The notes beneath the pieces were generated by a model. It searched no databases and was not told the DNA's origin. It saw nothing but the letters and a program-made list of their open reading frames with translations. Below, one piece after another: positions 14,769 to 20,000 of a stretch of 20,000 bases of DNA (its first letter is position 1; each line of letters opens with the position of its first letter). Source of the stretch: Candidatus Sigynarchaeum calidifontis (GTDB lineage Archaea > Asgardarchaeota > Lokiarchaeia > Sigyniarchaeales > Sigyniarchaeaceae); the NCBI GenBank assembly GCA_030587475.2, contig JAUQYZ020000102.1, positions 3,204-23,203 of the forward strand. Reading direction: 5' to 3'. A program made the translations under genes and the position numbers.

Positions 14769-17595
14769 GAACCTTCTTCTCTATTTCGAGCTCGTGCGCC
14801 TCGCGCATGGCGTCCGTGAACACGTCGACGGGATGCTTGTCCTTGAACGGGCACAGCTTGTACCCGGCACGCGACGCGTGGTAGAGCGTGCGGGCGAGGA
14901 TGCCGACGACCTTGACCATGCGCGTCGCCTTGTCCAGCTCGGCGATCGTGTTCTTGTCCCAGTGGCCGAGGATGCCCGCGATGAACGCGTAGAGGTAGAG
15001 GCCGCCGAAGAGCGCGATCAGGAACAAGAGGGCCGTGCTGACCAGGTCGCCTTGCCACACGGCTGGGGCTATGGCGTACTCGAAGAGGAAATACACGAGA
15101 AGCGAGCTGATGGCGGGTGATATCCACACGACGAGCCAGTATGCTTTCGGTTTTGTCACGTAGCGATAGATGAAGAGCCAGAGCGAGATGTTCTTGGCCA
15201 CGAGGGCAGGGATGTACGCGTAGAGCACGCCGAGCATCTGGAAACCTGGGATGAATGCGAGCAAGAGCAGCGCCCGAGACACCTGCTCGATGACCCAGCA
15301 TATCGCGAGCTTGCCCGTCAGCCCCGCGCCTGTGAGCATCTTGTCCCCGCTCCAAGAGTACGGCCCGAGAAGCTGGAAGATGAGTACCCACGGCACGAAC
15401 TTGATGGCGGGGAGCCAGTCCTTGCCCGAAAAGCCGATGATGAACCGGGGACCAAGCATGTAGAGCAGCGCCACGATGAAGAACGCGATGTAATTTGCCC
15501 ACTTGAGCGATTGCACCGTGTGGAGCTCGAGCAGCTTTTTCTTGCCATGGGAATGGGCTTCTGACACGCCGGAGAGGAGCCCTTCCATGAACAAGCCGAC
15601 GACGGAGACGATGCCACCGACCGTGTAGACCAGGTTGAAATAGCCGTTTTCCGTGGCGTAACCCTTGATGTAGATAGATTGGAGAAACATTTGCCATAAC
15701 CAGACCCCTGGTACCCAAACGGATCCCATCATGAACTTCAAGCCGAACTTCATGGTCTCCTTGAATTCCGCCCACGTGAAGTCCACGCGGAAGATCGTCG
15801 ACAATGAAAACTTTAATTTCTTGAATAGCCCGACAGTGAAGAAGAACGTTCCCCATTCGGCGAAGTATTGGCCAATTGCGAATCCAATGCCCGCCCCGAA
15901 TGCTTCACCATAGATAGGCATCGGCGCGAATATCCACCGGAAGAGTAAAATGCATGCGATTTGACAGAGCACGTTGAAGATGATCGTGTACAGTAACTGG
16001 CTCACGAGCTGATAATCTGTCCGCTGCATCCCTTGAAAGACGAACTGAAGAACCAGGAAAAAACCCGGGTATTGTATGAGAGAATGGGTTATGAACATCC
16101 AAGACATGTGCGCCAGGTAAGTCTGCGGGAAGATAATGGAACCTATCAAGGCGACGATGAAGATCTGGACAACGCCGCTCAACATCTGCCACCACACGAA
16201 GATCTGGACGTAATGCACCGCTTTCTGGGGCTGCTTGACCCGGTATTGCGCGAAATACTTGGCCAATGCCACGCTCGTCCCGACATCGAAGGCAACCCAG
16301 ACGGCACCGAAGAAGTTCTTGGTCATGTCCATCCAGCCGTTCACTTGGGGGAAAGGCAAGATGATCTGGGGGAATAAATAGCCGAAGATCACGAGCTGGG
16401 GGACGATCACGAGGATTCCCGTGAACAGGCCGAAAAGGAACCCGCCTATCTGCCGGTGGCTACCAACTTGTTCCCACTTGTCCCGCAAGTCCACCTCGGC
16501 CAATTTCGCTAGCTCCGCATAAATGGCCTCCGGGTCCACGCCCGAATCCATGAGCTCCTTCACCCGCCGCTTTTTCTCCTCGTCGATGTCGATGGCCGCC
16601 TCTTCTTCCGTCTTCACCACCACTTGCGCGGCGGCGAGCGTCCTTTCATCGATCTTGACGTGCTTTGACCTGTGGCGCACGACGAAAAAGAGCATGAAGG
16701 CAAACACCGCCATGATGGTCACGTAGATGGCGATCGTTGCTTGCTCCGCAGCATGCGGCACGGGACTGTATGCCCAGCTTCCAAACGTGGGAATGCTGCC
16801 CTCCTTTCCCGACACGTACAAGACCGACCCGTATATCATGAAGTTGAAGTAAGGCCAGAGCCGCACTTGCTTGTTGATCGCTCGATCGCCCGATCCGAAG
16901 TATCCGGTGAAAAATAAGACACGACCGGAGCCGAGCGGGGTCTCGACGAGTAGTGGGTCCCTGTTCTGGCCGGCCTCCTCGATCAGCAAGAATCGATCGA
17001 GCAGCACGGTCACGCTATTGTGCAAGTTACTGGTCTGGATGACCGTGTAATTCACGATCTCGGGGATCGAGTTCCACTCGATCTTGCCCGCGAATGGATG
17101 GGTCAAGGTCGCCGCGGGAATGTCGACATTGCTCTGCTTTTGGCTTTCCGTGGCCGTTGGATTGTTCAAGATGCCGAGGCTAACCAGGAAACTGGAATTC
17201 GTGGCAAACGACGAGCTCCCGATGACCAGCAACCCGCCACCATTCTGGACGAACGTCACGAGGGCGCTCGCTTCCGTCGCGTTCAGCGGCCGTGCCGAGT
17301 CCCAGACAACACAGTCGTAGCCAGTGAAGCTACCGTTGAAGCTCGTGCTCACGGAGATGGAGGGATCGAGCCGCAGCGCGTCCAGCACGTCCGATTCGGC
17401 GAGTTCTTGGGGGGTGGCGAGGTACAAGGCTTTCGAGACGGGAACGGATGGCCCCTGCCCGCGGGCACCCGTCATAAGCGCGGGAAACAGCATCGCCGCG
17501 CCGAAAACGATTACCATGCACGCGATGAATCCCGCGGCGAAAAACTGCTTGTTGCTCGCCGCGATGAGGCTATTTTTCATTGTTCCGGCATTCAT
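14758..17595 (-). CDS. Fusion membrane protein: N-terminal extracytoplasmic GATase/DUF4350-like domain plus TM linker plus Wzx/MATE-like polysaccharide flippase domain
   Basis: 945 aa. N-terminus: signal-anchor, then ALYLATPQELAESDVLDALRLDPSISVSTSFNGSFTGYDCVVWDSARPLNATEASALVTFVQNGGGLLVIGSS...LLVETPLGSGRVLFFTGYFG. A TM segment and charged linker (VKELMDSGVDPEAIYAELAKLA) follow, then about 12-14 TM helices with flippase-like composition (FNLVYTVGGIVSVVGLFMEGLLSGVSEAHS...KWANYIAFFIVALLY). Confidence 0.75.
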   Translation of the reverse strand: MNAGTMKNSLIAASNKQFFAAGFIACMVIVFGAAMLFPALMTGARGQGPSVPVSKALYLATPQELAESDVLDALRLDPSISVSTSFNGSFTGYDCVVWDSARPLNATEASALVTFVQNGGGLLVIGSSSFATNSSFLVSLGILNNPTATESQKQSNVDIPAATLTHPFAGKIEWNSIPEIVNYTVIQTSNLHNSVTVLLDRFLLIEEAGQNRDPLLVETPLGSGRVLFFTGYFGSGDRAINKQVRLWPYFNFMIYGSVLYVSGKEGSIPTFGSWAYSPVPHAAEQATIAIYVTIMAVFAFMLFFVVRHRSKHVKIDERTLAAAQVVVKTEEEAAIDIDEEKKRRVKELMDSGVDPEAIYAELAKLAEVDLRDKWEQVGSHRQIGGFLFGLFTGILVIVPQLVIFGYLFPQIILPFPQVNGWMDMTKNFFGAVWVAFDVGTSVALAKYFAQYRVKQPQKAVHYVQIFVWWQMLSGVVQIFIVALIGSIIFPQTYLAHMSWMFITHSLIQYPGFFLVLQFVFQGMQRTDYQLVSQLLYTIIFNVLCQIACILLFRWIFAPMPIYGEAFGAGIGFAIGQYFAEWGTFFFTVGLFKKLKFSLSTIFRVDFTWAEFKETMKFGLKFMMGSVWVPGVWLWQMFLQSIYIKGYATENGYFNLVYTVGGIVSVVGLFMEGLLSGVSEAHSHGKKKLLELHTVQSLKWANYIAFFIVALLYMLGPRFIIGFSGKDWLPAIKFVPWVLIFQLLGPYSWSGDKMLTGAGLTGKLAICWVIEQVSRALLLLAFIPGFQMLGVLYAYIPALVAKNISLWLFIYRYVTKPKAYWLVVWISPAISSLLVYFLFEYAIAPAVWQGDLVSTALLFLIALFGGLYLYAFIAGILGHWDKNTIAELDKATRMVKVVGILARTLYHASRAGYKLCPFKDKHPVDVFTDAMREAHELEIEKKVLKI

Positions 17596-17791
17596 TGTCG
17601 AATCGCTCCGATCCCACCCGCTATGAGGAAAAAGGATGGGTTGGTTCTATCTTGCCCCCGGCCTTAGAATAGCTACCCATAGCTAAACATGCGTCCGTTG
17701 CATGAAGTTGAAGGAACAGCCCCTCACTATATAGAATATTGGAAGCATATCGTCAAGGTTTATTACCGCCGAAAAAAATCATTCCTCAATC

Positions 17792-17944
17792 ATGGAGCTG
17801 CCGGGTCGCGCGCAACAAGCCAAGGAATTTACTCGAAAGATCGTCACCTTCATCAAGCGGTGGTGGCTGTACATCGTGGTGGGCCTGGCGCTCGGCTTCT
17901 TGCTCGGTTACGTCAACGGGCTCATATCCGCGCTCGTGATCTGA
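17792..17944 (+). CDS. Unannotated 50-aa single-pass membrane protein: MELPGRAQQAKEFTRKIVTFIKRWWLYIVVGLALGFLLGYVNGLISALVI
   Basis: ATG 17792 to TGA 17942; amphipathic basic N-terminus, then one about 22-residue TM segment. It lies 30 nt upstream of the next start. It is below the ORF-track length cutoff, and the overlapping ORFs (17689..17973, 17739..17939) look like shadow frames. Confidence 0.55.
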   Translation: MELPGRAQQAKEFTRKIVTFIKRWWLYIVVGLALGFLLGYVNGLISALVI

Positions 17945-17974
17945 TCCGGCAAGACGTGCTCGGGAGGTCGTAGG

Positions 17975-19123
17975 ATGGAACAGAGAAGCGTGATGGCCAG
18001 CATCAAGGCGAAAAAGCAAAAACAAGCCGGGGCCATCGTGCTGGCTTGCAGCTTCCTCGTCGGGTTTGGTATCGGTACCATCGCGAGTAACACCGCCGTT
18101 CAAGGCAAGATCTTGTTTACGATCGCGTATTCGAGCGAGAAAGAAGGCTGGATGGAGGAGATCAAGCCGTTATTCGAACAATGGCTTTCCATGCATTACC
18201 CGAACCAGCCGATAAAGCTCAACTTTTTTCCCGTCGGCTCCAGGGAATCGATCATCGCGATCATCAACGGCCAGTACAAGCCAGCCATCTGGAGCCCCGC
18301 TGCTTCGACGTGGATCCCCATGCTCAACTATTACTGGCAGCAGCAAGCAGGCTCCGGAAAGCCGATCACGACCCATAACGCGACGGCCGTGTACACTCCC
18401 ATCGTCATCGCCATATGGGAATCGATCAAGTCTGGCCACAACATCACGAGCATGCAGGACGTGTACGCTTTAACGGCAGTGAACCCTTCACCGATCAAGC
18501 TGGCACACACGGATCCCCGCCTCTCGAACTCGGGCTTCTGCACGATCATCATGGAGGTGGCTGCCGCCGCGGGCAAGAATTCCTCGATGCTCACGTTGAG
18601 CGACCTCACGTCGCAGCCGGTCAGGGCGTGGGTGAAGCAGTTCGAGTCCGTGGCCGTCCAGTACGGCAAGAGCACGGGATACCTTGTCCAGGCCATGCTC
18701 CAATCGGGGCCATCGGGAATAACGACGGCGTTCCTCTACGAGAGTCTCGTCATGGAGAGCGCCGCCGAGGCGCGGGCGCAATGGGGCGATAGCATCGTGG
18801 CCATCTATCCCGACGAAGGGTGCATACACAGCGACCACCCGTTCTGCGTGCTAGACAAGGCGCCCTGGATGACCCCGCTGCTCGAAAACATTTCGAGGAG
18901 CTTCACCGATGATTTCCTCGCCGAGAGGGCAGTTCTCGAGCTGGCCACGCGGCATGGTTTCCGGGTGTACAATAACAATATCACGCTTCCACTTGAAACG
19001 TTTAGCATCGAGAACGGGGTGCGGTACGACATCACGGGCGTTCCGAAAATGGACGTCCCAGGCGATCCGGCGTTCATTGCACGTGTTGCAGACTTCTGGC
19101 TCATGAATCGGCCAGTGTTTTGA
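17975..19123 (+). CDS. ABC transporter extracellular solute-binding protein (sulfate/molybdate/tungstate-like, family 11 type)
   Basis: 382 aa; N-terminal TM anchor (AGAIVLACSFLVGFGIGTI), ILFTIAYSSEKEGWMEEIKPLFEQW, AIWSPAASTWIPML, DPRLSNSGFCTIIMEVAAAAGK, VAIYPDEGCIHSDHPFCVLDKAPW. Preceded by an SD-like GGGAGGT and followed by a permease gene. Confidence 0.8.
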   Translation: MEQRSVMASIKAKKQKQAGAIVLACSFLVGFGIGTIASNTAVQGKILFTIAYSSEKEGWMEEIKPLFEQWLSMHYPNQPIKLNFFPVGSRESIIAIINGQYKPAIWSPAASTWIPMLNYYWQQQAGSGKPITTHNATAVYTPIVIAIWESIKSGHNITSMQDVYALTAVNPSPIKLAHTDPRLSNSGFCTIIMEVAAAAGKNSSMLTLSDLTSQPVRAWVKQFESVAVQYGKSTGYLVQAMLQSGPSGITTAFLYESLVMESAAEARAQWGDSIVAIYPDEGCIHSDHPFCVLDKAPWMTPLLENISRSFTDDFLAERAVLELATRHGFRVYNNNITLPLETFSIENGVRYDITGVPKMDVPGDPAFIARVADFWLMNRPVF

Positions 19124-19133
19124 GGCGAGGATC

Positions 19134-20000
19134 ATGGAAGCCACATCACCCGACAAGCCAACCACGTCCTATCTCTCGAAGCAGGACATCAAGCCACCGC
19201 GGCCGGGACTGCAACTCCGGTTGGAGAAATTTTTCTCCAAGGACAGGTTCCGGGTAGCACTTGACACGGGCACCATCGGGTTCTTCTTGTTCCTCATCAT
19301 CGGCCCCCTCGTCTCGCTCGTTGGCATCGTGATATTGAACTGGGGAAGCATTTACACGACAGTTTTTGACGATCCGATCACTGGCGGGGTTCAATGGCAG
19401 ATCATGGGCACCGTGCTCGGCCGGAGCTTCGAGATCGCGGCCATCGCCACCGGCATCGATCTGGTGCTTGGCCTCCCCATGTCGTTCATCTTGACGAGGT
19501 ACGAGTTCCGGGGCAAGAGAGTGCTCGACACGCTCGTCGACTTGCCCATGGCCGTGCCCACGTCAGCGCTGGGCTTTAGTTTGTATTTATTTTGGGGATC
19601 AACCATGGGGATCTCTGGTTTGCTTGGCCTGGATCAAGGGCTCGTCTCGCCTGGACCCATGCTGATCACGCTCACCCACGTGGCGTTTACCTACCCATTC
19701 ATCGTTCGTAATTTGAAGGTCATCTTTCAGGAGCAGAGCAAGCTCTACGAGGATGCCGCCAAGACACTCGGTGCCCCCGGGTTCACGATTTTCAGGACGA
19801 TAACCGCGCCCCTGGCGAAAGAAGGCATCATCGCCGGCACCATCCTCGCGTTCACCCGCTCCCTCGGCGAAACGGGCGCGACGATCATCGTGGCGGGCGT
19901 GTTCGAAACCGCGCCCATGTACGTCGTTGCCTTGAAAGAATCGTTGAACTTCCCGTCTGCGGCGTTCCTGTCCATGATCCTCATCTCGATCTCCATCGTG
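19134..20000 (+). CDS. ABC transporter permease, sulfate/molybdate (CysT/ModB) type, truncated by the window end
   Basis: Open frame from ATG 19134 to 20000 without a stop (absent from the ORF track). It encodes ...TVLGRSFEIAAIATGIDLVLGLPMSFILTRYEFRGKRVLDTLVDLPMAVPTSALGFSLYLFW...YEDAAKTLGAPGFTIFRTITAPLAKEGIIAGTILAFTRSLGETGATIIVAGVFETAPMY, which contains the EAA-type permease loop. Confidence 0.9.
   Translation, partial: MEATSPDKPTTSYLSKQDIKPPRPGLQLRLEKFFSKDRFRVALDTGTIGFFLFLIIGPLVSLVGIVILNWGSIYTTVFDDPITGGVQWQIMGTVLGRSFEIAAIATGIDLVLGLPMSFILTRYEFRGKRVLDTLVDLPMAVPTSALGFSLYLFWGSTMGISGLLGLDQGLVSPGPMLITLTHVAFTYPFIVRNLKVIFQEQSKLYEDAAKTLGAPGFTIFRTITAPLAKEGIIAGTILAFTRSLGETGATIIVAGVFETAPMYVVALKESLNFPSAAFLSMILISISIV

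Noticed and set aside
14708-15856. 382-aa plus-strand ORF and similar antisense ORFs at 17020..17667
   Set aside because: Antisense to the 945-aa flippase fusion; Arg/His/Pro-rich shadow translations.
1-20000. CRISPR arrays, prophage or a classic defence island
   Set aside because: No regularly spaced direct repeats, cas-like, restriction, integrase or phage structural proteins were recognisable; the only conflict-type content is the VapBC-like pair and the SMI1-like fragment.

Overview
The window reads as archaeal chromosomal DNA. The strongest evidence is a tRNA with a canonical bulge-helix-bulge intron at 37/38, AT-rich TATA-like elements, and archaeal-type gene content. Supported content, left to right: a tRNA-Ile(UAU) with a 28-nt intron (minus); a DtxR/MntR-type regulator with a 16-nt inverted repeat just upstream; a three-Asp-box sialidase-like protein; a multi-pass membrane protein; two small uncharacterised ORFs; a VapB/VapC-type toxin-antitoxin pair; a truncated SMI1/KNR4-like fragment; a cysteine-rich zinc-ribbon-like ORF preceded by an in-frame TAG; an enoyl-CoA hydratase/isomerase; a non-coding or decayed region framed by a 27-nt inverted repeat; a small winged-helix protein; a 776-aa GT2 + GtrA-like + GT87-like fusion; a GPH/MFS sugar-cation symporter; an M20 peptidase with an upstream CpXC-like zinc-ribbon protein; a glycerophosphodiester phosphodiesterase; a 945-aa GATase-like domain + Wzx/MATE-like flippase fusion; an unannotated 50-aa single-TM protein; and an ABC transporter binding protein followed by a permease cut by the window end. 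I do not see CRISPR arrays, rRNA, phage structural genes or an obvious multi-gene defence island. The best candidates for something undescribed are the two multidomain envelope/glycan membrane fusions, the inverted-repeat-framed orphan region, and the intron-bearing tRNA-Ile(UAU). All domain calls were made by eye, with no database search.
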